From Azolla caroliniana (lineage: Eukaryota; Plantae; Polypodiophyta): a stretch of DNA of 64,000 nt. The notes beneath the pieces are model-generated. The model ran no database searches and was not told the origin of the DNA. It saw only the letters and a program-made list of their open reading frames with translations. Shown here one piece after another: positions 37,750 to 50,620 of the stretch; position 1 is the first letter of the stretch, and each line of letters begins with the position of its first letter. The stretch lies in NCBI GenBank assembly GCA_043228905.1, contig JBHGNT010000010.1, forward strand, positions 5,332,001-5,396,000. The letters run 5' to 3'. The translations under genes and the position numbers were made by a program.

Positions 37750-39050
37750 TTGCTTGTCTTATGGCAAAGACTTGTTAAGCTCAAGCATACTTCTCAATAA
37801 GGCAGTTGTTTGTGTGACCTCCATGTATTACGAGGACATTTGAACATGGAAGTTGTTCCCTCTTTGTATATCTCCCATGTTGCCACATGCTTTCAACCTA
37901 CCAGAAAATGTTATCATATTAGGTAAGAGGCCTTGCACCATCATTTGAAGATAGAGTTGTGTAGCATCCTCATTCTTATCATGCTTAGTATAGCCCAATA
38001 ACATGACAGTCCATTGTACCACATCTCCAACCAACAATAATCCATCAAAAGGTTCTCGGGCTTCAATTATTGGTTCACATTTATTGTACCAACAAACGGA
38101 TATTTTTCAAATAATTCTTTTGCATTATCACCATGTAATTGCCCTCCTCTTGTTAGAGACTCTACGCCAAAACAAGCTTTCAAGAAGCAAACAAATCAAG
38201 CAAATTTCTTCTACTTGCATTTGTTCCAGGCCATAAAACAGCTGCTTTTTGAGCTCATAGTTAGTATATCCATATGCAATCACATTCCATTATCAAACGA
38301 CATTTGATGTACATATCAATCAAAGAGTCCCACAAGCATTTAGGATATGTGACAGTATTTGGGGCAATGCCATCATTTTGAATATGTTTAAACCGGTCCA
38401 ACTTTGTGGCCTTGACCTTATTTAGCATACTTAGCAATAAGTGCAATCCAAGATACTATACTCAAATAGGAACCTGTTGAAGCACTTTCTGAGATTTTAC
38501 AAACTCTCCATATTTGGCATGCATTGCTAAAAACAGGAGAGTGTTGTCTCTCTCACTATATCCATGTTCCACATGTTCTATAGTCACTATATTGCATGAA
38601 ATTGCATCTTTCACAGAAAGATCATAAAAAATTCTTGTGTTGTTTAGAGGAAACCATGTTTGGCCTACATACCCACTAAGGTATTGGCAATGATATTACA
38701 CTAAGGCTTTAGTATGTAACCCTTTCTTCACAATCTCGACATGTATTACACTACATTGATTGATGTCTCGAGTATCACCACAAACTTTCAAGCCAGAAAC
38801 GAGCACACATGTATTTGACAAGATATTATGTGTTTGCATCTCCTTCATGAGGTTTAGTGCTTCCTCAACATGCTCATGTTCTACAAACTAATTATTAATG
38901 CAGTCCATAGGATCACATCTTTAACTAGCAAGTTGTCAAAAACTTGACGTGTTACTTCAATCATCCAATTTGGACATACATATCAACCAATGTACTGCCA
39001 ATAAGAATATATTTGTCGAATCCTTTCTTAATTATCTCAGCATGCATTTG
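37750..39050 (-). pseudogene. PLS-class pentatricopeptide repeat (PPR) pseudogene
   Basis: Repeated motifs DVVQWTVMLLGY...LLPNMITFS..LKACG, SLIDMYIKC, DVILWTALI and IHVEIVKKG, broken by stops and frameshifts. Confidence 0.8.
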
Positions 39051-40919
39051 CTTGATGAATACTAGACTATTATATGATTTCACGCTACAAAGTAATGGTA
39101 TAGTGACTTGAGAAACGCCTTTTTGTTACATATTCTCAATGCAACAGATTACCTTCTCAACATCCCCACATTCAGTTGTTGACTTTTTTGAGGAGAAAAC
39201 GCGCGGAATATTGCTCGGCCACAACCGAGTCTTGAATCACTTCAAAGAGAATGAAACACAGAAATGGGAATGGAGAGAACACAAGGAAATACACATGATG
39301 TTTACGTGGAAAACCCTAAAAGGGAAAAACCACGGGAGCCCACGGACTTCAACTATCACTATAGGAGAAAGAGGAGGCAACGACCTCGAGCTCTGTATCT
39401 TCACCAACCGGCGGTTACAACAGAGTATCACTCTATATCTCACACACACTCTCTCTCTCTCACTAACTATACAACAATTTGGCTACAACATCAATCTTCA
39501 CTAAAGTGTTTGCCCTAAGTCATATTTATACTTATATGAACTTAGGGTTATTTACAAATATAGCCTCAATAGGCTTACTCAAAACATATTCTCAAATATG
39601 TATTCTCCTCCGGTTCTCACCGGATCCTCTTCATTCATCACCAGATCCCATCCGGAGGGACCGTTTTCCCAACAATCTCCCCCTTCACTCCAACATGGGA
39701 TGTCTCGCCAGCCCGATCCGCTTTCGGCACGCGTCCAGCCTGTCGGTTGTCAACACCTTGGTCAGCATGTCCGATCCGTTCTCCTCCATGTGGATCTTCG
39801 TCAACACGAACTCTTGATCTTCTACTCTCTCCCGGATCCAATGGTACCTCTACTGGATATGTTTCGTCCAAGAAGGGTAGGCTACGTTCTTTGCAAGGTG
39901 GATGGCACTTTGATTGTCGCAGTAGAGCCGGTATTCCTCCTGTTGGATTCCTAACTCTCCGATGAAGTCCTTCATCCAGATTATCTCCTTGCCGGCTTCT
40001 ACAACTGCCATGTACTCCGCCTCTGTGGTTGACAATGCAACTGTCTTCTGTAGCCTCGACTGCCACGAAACAGCTCCCCCTTCATAAGTCATGACATATC
40101 CGGATGTAGACCGGCCGGTATCCGCATCAGCCGACATATCCGAATCGGTGAATCCATCAAGTTGGGGATTATCGGAGCCGAAGCGGAGACACATACTCGA
40201 GGTGCCTTTCAGATACCAGAGTATCCACTTGATCGCGTTCCAATGCTCTCTTCCGGGATTGCTCATGAACCAGCTTACCACTCCGACTGCATATCCGATA
40301 TCCGGTCAGGTACATACCATCACATACATCAAGCTCCCGATGGCAGAGGCATATGGTATCTTCATCATATCTGTCTTCTCCGCCTTTGTCCTCGGGCTTT
40401 GTTTTCCGGATAGCTTGCATTTTGCCAGAAGTGTCAATCCGACCGGTTTCACCTCCAACATGTTGTACCTTTGGAGTACCTTTGTCACATACTTTTCCTG
40501 TGACAACCACAACAGCTTCTTCGACCGGTCCCAGATGATGTGCATTCCCAATATCTGTCTTGCCGATCCCAAGGCTTTCATTGAGAAGGTCTAGTTCAGA
40601 GCCTTCTTCAGCATCAGAATCTTAACTTGGTCTCGTCCGACGATTAGCATATCATCCACATATAGGAGGAGTATCAGGAAATCTCCTCTGTCAAATTTCC
40701 TCACAAACACGCAATGATCGGCTTGCTTTTTGTGGTACCCTTGGTCAGTCATGAAGGAGTCGAACTTCCGGTACCATTGCCAAGGAGCTTGCTTCAGTCC
40801 ATATAGGCTCTTCTTCAGCCGGCACACCAGGTGCTCCTTCCCTTTCTTCTCAAATCCTTCCAGTTGATGCATGTAGATCTCTTCTTCGAGGTCTCCATGT
40901 AGGAATGTCGTCTTGACGT

Positions 40920-42132
40920 TGTCGTGAAGATTTTTGGCAATGGTGTGAAAATTGCATGGAATGTACAAAATCAAGTGCGGTTCTTCACACAAGACATGAA
41001 ACAATAATAGTGAAGATACTCTTTAGATTAGCTTAATATATTGGTACGGGAAGATGGAGGTCTTCAAGAGCTTCCGAATGTACTTTACTACATTTGAAAC
41101 GGACAACTAAATGTCAAGTTATGTGAATGTGAAGTTTGAGAAGAAGAAGAGAAAAATAAAACTATGAGATATCTCACATAGATAGGACAAATCAGGATCC
41201 CACAGTATATAAGCAGAGCCAGAACTTATTACTTTTTGTCTATGTGTTGAGCATAGAATGCTCTTGGGCTAAACTGTGGCTTAACAGCTCGTAATGGTTT
41301 TGGAGGACCGGACCGAACGGACGGCGACAGAACTGGAACGGATGGACGACGACAGAATCGGAACCGGAACCAGACGAACGTCGGATCGGATGCGGATCGA
41401 ACCGGTTGGGACCGGACAGACGGATCGGTCGGGTCGGTTGAATAGCTTGATCACGACGCACGGTGTCTTGAAGATTTTTCGGTGTGAAACGAACAAAATT
41501 GTCTAACGGTTCCATCGGTGGTCAACTAAAGATGTAATATGCAATTAAACATTTGTAAAAACAAGACTAAAACCTTGTAATATTTTGTGTTTACAGGGGT
41601 GGAAGTAAGAATTTGAACCTTGCACCTCCTACATAAGAGCCACATGACTTACCACCAAGTTAAGTCACTTTAGAGTTATATTTTTATCATTATACTTTTC
41701 ATATGTAAAATCTCATACATGAGAGCTTGAATGAGTGACATGGTTATCATGCAACACATGCAATGCATGAGCGCCAAATGGCAAACATGCATCTCATGCA
41801 TTACATGCATTACATGCATGTCTTGCACCCTCACATGCACCATATGCATGGGGGCATCTAGAAAAGAGTGGATGAAGAAGAAAAAGGGAGCGAGGTATGA
41901 ATCAAGAATTTAATAAGAAGAAAATTCGTTATCCAATTGATGATATATCTTGTTCTTCAAATTTAAAGTCAAGAGTTCAATCTTAATCTCTCTCTCCATC
42001 TCAATCTCTCTCTCTTTCAATCTATCTTAAATACTTTCTCGCTAAAGCTAGTGCAAACTTTGAATCCTTCCGGTCCAGGACCCCAGAGGTTCCGCCTCAC
42101 GATCCGCACGTAGTGACGGATTTTTCACGACA
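40920..42132 (+). mobile_element. Solo-LTR-like element with 4-bp ACGT TSD, inserted in Copia RT
   Basis: Termini TGTCGTGAA...TTCACGACA; ACGT at 40916-40919 and 42133-42136; removing it restores the host QLDVKT codons. Confidence 0.9.
41596..41668 (-). promoter_or_regulatory. tRNA-like Pol III A-box/B-box cassette inside the solo LTR
   Basis: Minus strand TAACTTGGTGGTAAGTCA...GGAGGTGCAAGGTTCAAATTCTTAC. Confidence 0.5.
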
Positions 42133-42383
42133 ACGTCCAGTTGCTCTACCTCGAGGTCCATGCTTGTTGTTATGCTCAATATCGTCCGGATGGATGTCAT
42201 CTTTACTACCAGGGCAAAGATCTCATCGAAGTCCACTCATTTCTTCTGCTAGAAGCCCTTCACCACAATCCGGGCTTTGTACCTTGTTGGATTTCCGGCG
42301 TCTCTCGGTTTCAGCTTGTACACCCACTTGTTGCGGAGTACTCTCTTCCCTTTCGGCAACTCCGTCAGTTCATATGTGCGGTT

Positions 42384-43876
42384 TGTTGGAGAATAGGTCG
42401 TCAGTGCGGAAGATCAAGAAGCATTCGATGGTTTCTGAATACCTGCGTATGACAGACTGTAGGTCGTTGGACAGAGAGAGAGAGAGAGAGAGAGAGACAC
42501 AAAAGACTCTTTATTCCATAAAGCAACAATACAATAGCCAACCTTACAAAAAGGTTACAAGGTCACTATATATAGTGACCGACTTAGGGCAACTGCCCTT
42601 TATGCTAATTACATAAGTGGCCAAAACAGGATAGTGTGAATACGTCCATTATACACATGTATTCGACACTCCCCCGTAATGGGCGTATACATGGGTTATC
42701 TAAGATTACAGGTATAGACTTGGGTTCTCAGACATATCAGCTTTGTTCGAGTCGGCAGGGTCCGAAAGCAGAAGACCGAACTGGTCGGGTCGGAACAGTT
42801 GAAGCCGATCATTAAGGAACTGATGTCGGTTGTCGGGAACCATCCTGCTCTGTGTCCGGCTCTAACCGGACTGGTTTGTCGTTACGCCCATCTGATGCCG
42901 AAGAGACCGAAAACGGTCTGCCGAAAGACACTTGGTCATTCCATCTGCGACATTGTCGGTTGTGGATATTTTCTCTAGACCGATTTTCCCTGAGATGACG
43001 CAGTCCCGAACGAAGTGATATCGAACGTCGATATGTTTGGAGGCGTTGTGGTGAACCGGATTTTTCGACAGGGCAACAGCACCTTGACTGTCGCTGTAGA
43101 CAACTGGAGTTGAGTCATGGTCGACTTGTCGAAACGTGTGCGCCAGCCGACCGAGCCACAAAGCTTCTTTTGCTGCGTCAGACGCAGCTACATATTCTGC
43201 TTCGGTTGTTGAGGTCGCTGTGCACTCCTGAAGTTTCGACTTCCACGAGATTGCTCCATTGCCGAATTTGAAGCAGTATCCGGTTGTTGATTTTCGACTG
43301 TCTATACAGCCGGCGAAATCCGAGTCGGTGTAACCGACTACGCCTGAGGTTCGGTTCGGACCGAAAAGAATGCCATGGTCTTTTGTGCCAGCCAGATATC
43401 TGAACACATGCTTGACTACGTTCCAATGCGATCGGCCAGGATTGTGCATAAATCTGCTAACGACTCCTACGGCATGAGAGATATCAGGCCGTGTCGCGAC
43501 CATCAGGTACATAAGGGAGCCGACTGCCGGTGCATACGGTACCGACTTCATATCTTCCCCCTCCGGACCGGATGTCGGGCAGATATCTGAACACATGCTT
43601 ATAGGTCGTCAGTGCGGAAGATCAAGAAGCATTCGATGGTTTCTGAATACCTGCGTATGACAGACTGTAGGTCGTTGGACAGAGAGAGAGAGAGAGAGAG
43701 AGAGACACAAAAGACTCTTTATTCCATAAAGCAACAATACAATAGCCAACCTTACAAAAAGGTTACAAGGTCACTATATATAGTGACCGACTTAGGGCAA
43801 CTGCCCTTTATGCTAATTACATAAGTGGCCAAAACAGGATAGTGTGAATACGTCCATTATACACATGTATTCGACA
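42384..43876 (-). mobile_element. Nested, internally deleted young Ty1/copia
   Basis: LTR 42384-42668 and an apparently identical copy at 43601-43876 lacking 9 terminal nt; perfect TSD CGGTT (42379-42383 and 43877-43881); PPT next to 42669; only the RT C-terminus and RH remain (ORF 42862-43596). Confidence 0.93.
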
Positions 43877-44129
43877 CGGTTCTCATGCAAGGAATCTATC
43901 TCGTCTTGCATGGCACTCAACCACTTGCGGCTATGGGTGTCTTTCTTTGCTTCTTCGAAGCTTTCCGACTCCCCCTCATCGGTTAGCAACACATGCTCTA
44001 CATCCGGAAATCTTCGGGGGGCTCTTCTCTCTCGGAGAGGATATCTCCATCCTTGGCTTCTGACTACCGGTTCCTCCGTTTGTTCCGAATCCGAATCTGA
44101 TTCGGGATCTTGTCCGGTTCTTGTGTCTC

Positions 44130-44187
44130 CTTCTTCTTCTTCTTCTTCTTCTTCTTCTTCTTCTTCTTCTTCTTCTTCTTCTTCTTC
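44130..44187. repeat. (TTC)n run encoding poly-Glu in the Copia INT-RT linker
   Basis: In-frame poly-E tract in ORF 43813-44889. Confidence 0.9.
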
Positions 44188-47100
44188 GATCGGTTCAGTT
44201 TCTTGTCCGTATCCGGCCGGTTCGTCGAGTGTCATCCGGTTGTCGGCTAACATCCGGTTTTCAACCGGGTAGGTTCTTGTGTCCTCAAACTGGTTTTCAT
44301 TGGATGATCCGGAGTTGATCACCTGCTTCTCCGATTCCCAGTCGGCAATGGTCTTGTCTTCCATGAAGACTATGTCCCGACTCCAGAACACCTTCTTGTC
44401 GACCAGATCCCACACCCGGAATATGCATGGTGGGGACTTCAGATCCAGCTTTGCTCTCTTGTCCTTTACCACATGCATGTATGCGAGGCACCCGAACACC
44501 TTCAGATGTCGGTAAGATACATCTTTACCAATCCATACTTTCTGAGGTGAGTCTCCTCCCAAGGGTACTGAGGGTAATCTGTTTATCACATAGGCCGTCG
44601 TCGTTAGCGTCTCAACCCAAAACGTCTTTGGTAACTTTGCATGTGCCAACATGCTCCGAACTCTCTCCATCACGGTCCAGTTCATCCGTTCGGCCAGCCC
44701 GTTTAGTTCTAACGTCTTCGGCACGGTAAATTCGGGTCGGATTCCCTTTGACCAGCAGTACTCCTCGAACTGCCCCCGGTATTCTCCTTCGTTATCTACT
44801 CGAACCGCCTTCAACTTCTGGTTGGTTTCTCTTTCCACTCTCGCGCGGAGCTCCTTGAAGATGGATAGCACCCGATCCTTCGTATTCAACAGTGAGACGC
44901 ACAGCTTCTAGCTATGGTCATCTACAAACGTCACGAAGTACTACGATCCGGCATGTGACTTCATGTCCACTTGACACACATCGGTATGCACCAGCTCCAA
45001 TGGTGCATTCCATCTCATCGGTGGTCTTGACCGGAAGGAGGTTCGGTTTTGCTTGCCGGCCAAGCAATCGGTGAACTTCTCAAGTTGCACGTCCTTCACC
45101 GGAATGAGGTTGTCTTCAGCAAGCCTCTTCATCCCCTTCTCACTCATGTGACACAACCTCTTGTGCCACAGCTCACCGGCAGTGTCAGATGCAACGTTCA
45201 CTTCTTCTTCCTGGCATATCCGGGAATTCATCAAGTATAGTGTGTTGACCTTCCGGGCTCAATCCACTATTAGGCTCCCTTTGCAGAACTTCAAGACTCC
45301 ATTCCAAATGCTACCCGTGTAGCCTTCATCATCTAGCCGATTGGCTGATATCAAGTTCAGTCGAACCTTCGGAACGTGTTGGACATCCTTTAGCAACAAC
45401 TTGCATCCGGTTGATGTCATCAACAACACATCTCCTATGCCGATAATCGCCATGTACCTTCATTCCCCATGTGGACACAACCATGATCACTAGTTGTGTA
45501 GGATGAGAAGCATTTCCGATCCAGTGTTAGGTGGAACGACGCTCCGGAATCGACAACCCACGTTGTCTCGTCGCTGACAAGGTTTAACTCATTCTCTTCG
45601 GTAATGAGCATCAATTCCTCTTCACTTGTCGCGATTGCCGACGTTCCCTTCCGATCCGGTCTAAACCATTTCGGTCTGAACTCTTCTTCGAATCGGTATT
45701 GTCGGTTCCTTTCTCTTTCCGGAAATGCCGACAGTTCTTCTGGAAGTGTCCCGGCTTCCCGCAATAGAAGCACATGGGTCTCCCCCTTGACTTCGACCTC
45801 GTCCCTGATTTGTCTCGGTTTTGGGGACTCCGATACCGGCCTCTTCCCCGGTTGTGGTCATCTTTCGTGACCAAGGCCTTTAGATCGGTTCCGGACTCAC
45901 GGTTCTTCAAGCAAGCTTCTTCATCTAGCAAGCTTGACTTTACCCTTGCTAGGGACAACTGTTTTCCTTCCGGCCCGGCGTTGCCCAACGTGACAACTAA
46001 CGTCTCCCAGCTATTCGGGAGTGAACCGAGCAGGAGCAATGTGAATACCTCATCGACGAGAGGTACTTCCAATGAGGTTTCTTGGTGTATCAGCCCCCAA
46101 AAGGCATTCATGTGCTCCGCCATATTGGAGCCGTCTTGGTACCGGAGCCTCACTAGCTTCCGGAATACCAAAACTCGATTAACGACATTCTTGTTCTGGA
46201 ACATGATGTCGATCTTCTCCCAGAGTTCATGAGCCTTTCTCTCTTCATTGAAGTTGTTGTACAGGCTCATGTCGATGAAGCACCAGATGTATGTCGTCGT
46301 CTTCATGTGCATCACCTCCCACACTGTGGTGTCGATCTTATCTAGTCTCTTGTCCCTGAACTATACTAGAAACCAAAATTCTTTAACCACCAACATATCC
46401 CTCATCTTCGACTTCCACACTGAGTAGTTGGAGCCAGTGAGCTTGAACATGCCGTTGAACGATTCCTCCATTTCTTGTGTTATTCACTCTGATACCAGTT
46501 TGAAGAGAAAACGCACGGAATATTGCTCGGCCACAACTGAGCCTTGAATCACTTCAAAGAGAATGAAACATAGAAATGGGAATGGAGAGAACACAAGGAA
46601 ATACACATGATGTTTACATGGAAAACCCTAAAAGGGAAAAACCACGAGAGCCCTCGGACTCCAACTATCACTATAGGAGAAAGATACAATCAGAGCCTCA
46701 GAGGCAACGACCTCAAGCTTTGTATCTTCAGCAACCAGCGGTTACAACAGAGTATCATTCTGTATCTCACACTCTCTCTCTCTCTCTCTCGCTAACTATA
46801 CAACAATTTGGCTACAACATCAATCTTCACTAAAGTGTTTGCCCTAAGTCATATTTATACTTATATGAACTTAGGGTTATTTACAAATATAGCCTCAATA
46901 GGCTTACTCAAAACATATTCACAAATATGTCTTCTCTTCTGGTTCTCACCGGATCTCACCGGATCCTCTTCGTTCATCACTGGATCCCATCCAGAGAGAC
47001 CATTTTCCCAACATTTTCTACAAAGGAGGGTATACCACTTAGACCTAGGGTTTGGTAGTTTTCTTTTCTTCTTGCCTTCTTACTTTCTTTCTTTTAGGGT

Positions 47101-47386
47101 TTCTTGGAAGTCTTCTTCGTCGTCGTCATGAGGGTTGGGGTTTTCTTGGAGTGGAAGCAATTTTGGTTTTGTTTTCGATTCTTGTTAGTTTCCTCTATGA
47201 GGGTCTGTTGCTTCATCTCTGGTAGGGTTTGCTTAGTTCATGTGCTTTGAGGCTCCGGTTTGCAGTTCCGTCTTCTGTGCAAGACCCCACTCACGTAGGC
47301 GAGCCTGAGTGCTCCGCGATTGGCGGCTGACGGCTAATGTGTTTTTGGCGAGAAGATCATGTCCAATGCAAGGCCTCCACTCACGT

Positions 47387-48518
47387 TGTCTTGAAGATCC
47401 GTCACTACGCACGGATCGTGAGGCGAAACCGCCGGGGTTCTGGACTAGAAGGGTTCAAAGTCGGTACAAGCTTTGGTGCAAGCTTTAGGGAGAAAGTACT
47501 TAAGATAGATTGGGAAAGAGAGAAGTTGAGATCAAACGATTGAGAGAGATTGATTGAACTTTTATCTTTGGATTTAAGAAACAAGTTACACGATCAATTT
47601 GATAAAGAATTTCTTCCTCTTAATTTCATAACAAAAAAAAACGTGTTTTTTCTCCTCCCCCCTCCTTCTTTTATAGATGCTCTCATGCATATGATGCATG
47701 TGAGGGTACAAGACATGCATAAAATGCATGTTTGCCATATGGCGCTTATGTATTACATGTGGTGCATAATAACCATGTCACTCATTTTAGCTCTCATGTA
47801 TGAGAATTTACATGTAAAAGTACAATGATAGAAATATAAATTTAACTAAATGGCATGGCTTAATGGTAAGCCAATTGACTCCTAACTCGGAGGTGCAAGG
47901 TTCAAACCCTTACTTGCCCTCCTTGTATATGTATATATGAATATATATTTATATATTTATTTATCTAGTCACCAGACGCCGATTGTTGTCGGATATCAGT
48001 GTCGTCGCCTATTGCTGTTGGATATCGGTGCCGCCGCCGGATGTCGTCGTCTCACCGACACTGGATGCCGTCACCTCGTCGTCGGATGCTAGTGTCTCAC
48101 TGGCGCCGGATCACCGGCTCCATCGCCGGTCCGGTTTTGGTTGGCCAAAACCCTTTACAAGTAGCTAGCCCACCTCCACTCTTAGTTCAAGTTACCTTGA
48201 ACTCTCTATGCTCCACACATAGACACAAAGATAATATCTTTTGCTCTACCTTATATATGATGAGAGCCGTATTTGTCGTGCCTATGTGGGATATCTCACA
48301 ATTTTCTCTTTTCCTTTCACAAACTTTATACCCTCATATCTTGACATTTAGTTGTCCGTTTCTTGTGTAATAAAGTGCATTCGAAACCTCCATCGTTTTG
48401 TACTTAGATATTAAATTTATTTAAAATGTTATCTTCACAATTATTGTATTATGTGATTCATACTCGATTTCGTACGTTTTATGGGATTTTCACACTATTG
48501 CCGAAAATCTTCACGACA
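47387..48518 (-). mobile_element. Second solo-LTR-like element of the 40920 family, opposite orientation, ACGT TSD
   Basis: Termini TGTCTTGAAGAT...ATCTTCACGACA; ACGT at 47383-47386 and 48519-48522; both ends and the ATGC-rich interior are homologous to 40920-42132. Confidence 0.88.
47849..47919 (+). promoter_or_regulatory. tRNA-like Pol III A-box/B-box cassette inside the solo LTR
   Basis: TGGCTTAATGGTAAGCCA (A-box, D-arm hairpin), CTCCTAA loop, and CAAGGTTCAAACCCTT (B-box, T-arm). Confidence 0.55.
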
Positions 48519-48948
48519 ACGTAGGCGATCTTGTGTGCTCCCCGATTGGAGCTCGCCTGCAGACGACTCCCTTGCCTCTTTGGAATCGGATCGGCTCATA
48601 ACCTGCGTTGTAATTGTTCTTGTAATATATATATATACACATAAGAAACCTTCTATGTATTTGTGTCGTCGTTGGTGTCTTTAGTGTCACTTTTCCCACG
48701 GTAGCACGTGGTAGGTGTGTGTGCGTGTTGAGTCTCCCTGCGTCGTGGTGTGTCTCCTCTTATCAGTTCGGAGACTCGTTGTCTTGAATATACCGGGTCC
48801 CCATCGGGCCGTGTGATTTCTACTTGCCCCTCTTCTGTACATAAGGGCGTGTGTAGATCTTGTGTGCGTGCACATGTTCTCCTTGCCCTCGATCCGGATC
48901 TATCTGGTTCGGTTGCTTCCGGCTCGCGTCCAAAATCATTTTGGTAGG

Positions 48949-49835
48949 TGCCATAACCAGTGTATCCGACCTCAAAGAAATCGGCCTTCCAATTACTGCC
49001 TCTCCCCGGTCCGTGACCCTAGTGGTCCTACATCTTCCAACACGCACTCGCGGATTTCCGCGACAATGGGTTGAGGCTAGACTAAAACAGGACCTCCGGA
49101 CGGTTAGCACACGGGTTGGCTATAGTGAGCAAAGGTCATTGATAATCGCAATGGAGCCTCCTTATGAAGGAAGACCCGTAGGAGCATATGAGCAAAAGAA
49201 ATACAAGCAAAGGAAGGAGAGAGAGAGAGAGAGAGAGAAAGAGAACAACGCCAAACGATAGGGGGAAAAAAACACTTATACATGGTTAGATAGACATTGA
49301 GCAAACAACAGAAACTAGCTATTGACAAAGTTGGCAACTTATAAGATAAACACACAGATATGCACAGGCAAGACTCCCAGTTAAGGAGCACACGGGCTTG
49401 CGACATTGAGCAGAGGCTTCACGTTGTAGTAGTTGAGGACAAAAAATGCAGGAAAATGAACCCCAACCTTCCTAGACCTTAAAACCCTGAAAGAGCAAAC
49501 AAATATCAACACTCCCCTTTTATAGTCCTCATGGGGGAAGGCTAGCATCATTACAATGGGAAGGCCCTGAAATTCCTCTCTTGTCAGAGAGGAATCTCTG
49601 CCACAATCTTCCTCTTAACTAACCCTCTTTCTCTCCTAAGTGTGCCTTAAAGTACACTAAATATTCTACTTTCATGTCCCTTTTGCACTTTCTATTTTAC
49701 TTTCTACCCACACTTTGTTTCTCACCTTTCCTGATGTGCTTGCACGCGAATCCCCTTTGTGTGTGCACATGTGGACATGCCTAGTTCTCCCACTTTCAGT
49801 AGATTTTCTCGCCATTGCTGGAAATCTTCACGACA
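48949..49835 (-). mobile_element. LTR-like element with a related terminus
   Basis: Right end CCATTGCTGGAAATCTTCACGACA resembles 48495-48518; minus-strand CTATAAAAGGGG near 49520; no TSD; left end uncertain. Confidence 0.5.
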
Positions 49836-49839
49836 ACAC

Positions 49840-50620
49840 TACATGGATACCAGAACATGTTGAATCACCAATAGGCAAGAGGAACTCTCCACCGAGGAAA
49901 AAAATTCCACTTGCTCCAATAAAGAAATTTGTCACATTAGTTCTCCCTTAAACTTTCGTAGATATGTTGTCACTCCATGAATACCATGAAATACAAAAGC
50001 ATTGCGCATATCCCAATTATGATGCAATCCGCAATATCTCAAAAATAGGGAAACGATCTCTGTCTCTAATTTTGGGTTAGCCAGGTATTTTAATTGTGCA
50101 AACACCCACTATCTAAGCGTCAAATAACATCGTGATAAAACTGCCCAAATTTGAGAAATGTAGCTCCAAATTTGACAAGAAATCAAACATTGTATAAAAC
50201 GATGAGTATTATCTTCCATTTGAATAGTGCAAAAGAAGCAATTACCCATTGCTAGTCCACAACGTTTTAGAGCTAATCCCAAAGGCAATCCCCCAATCAA
50301 ACTCTCCAAATGAAGGCCATTGCTACAAGTGGCAATTTAGAATGCCAATTATGTTTTAAGATCTGCTACCACCCATGATCCGATTTGTGTAGTTTCCATT
50401 CTTCTTCAGCCTTAGACGATCCATCCAAACAAAAGATTAGTAGTCACTTGTAAAAACGACATCTAACACCGTAAACACCAATAAATCCACGGTTGTTCTC
50501 CTGTTTGTAGAGGTAAAGGACCTTGCATCAATGCAATATTTTGTAGTTGTTGCCAACTAGGTGCAATGCCTAATAATTGTCACACTTCAAAAAACTTCAA
50601 AATTCTTTCAAATGGAGCCT
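49840..50620 (-). mobile_element. L1 LINE ORF2 C-terminal fragment (zf-RVT)
   Basis: GGLPLG...CFFC...EDNTHRFIQC...QIW, degenerate. Confidence 0.65.

Larger units (their letters stand above)
39189..47013 (-). mobile_element. Decayed Ty1/copia element (Tork/Tnt1-like) hosting two nested insertions
   Basis: LTRs 39189-39674 and 46501-47013; PBS TGGTATCAGAG (46487-46497); PPT next to 39675; gag ATG at 46471 (MEESFNGMFKL); PR WVVDSGAS; INT; RT YVDD; RH ALSTTEAEY; many stops; flanks TTTTT and TTTTC. Confidence 0.9.
47014..48937 (+). mobile_element. Partial LTR interrupted by the 47387-48518 insertion
   Basis: AGGAGGGTATACCACT and CTGTGCAAGACCCC are shared with the 33958 and 37132 LTR pieces; motif CCACTCACGTAGGCGA is present twice, the second copy split by the insertion. 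Ends approximate. Confidence 0.45.

Noticed and set aside
47849-47919. Functional tRNA-Arg gene
   Set aside because: The acceptor and anticodon stems do not pair properly; kept only as a tRNA-like cassette.
48945-49839. A further ACGT insertion
   Set aside because: The flanks are TAGG and ACAC, so no TSD can be shown; not counted as support.
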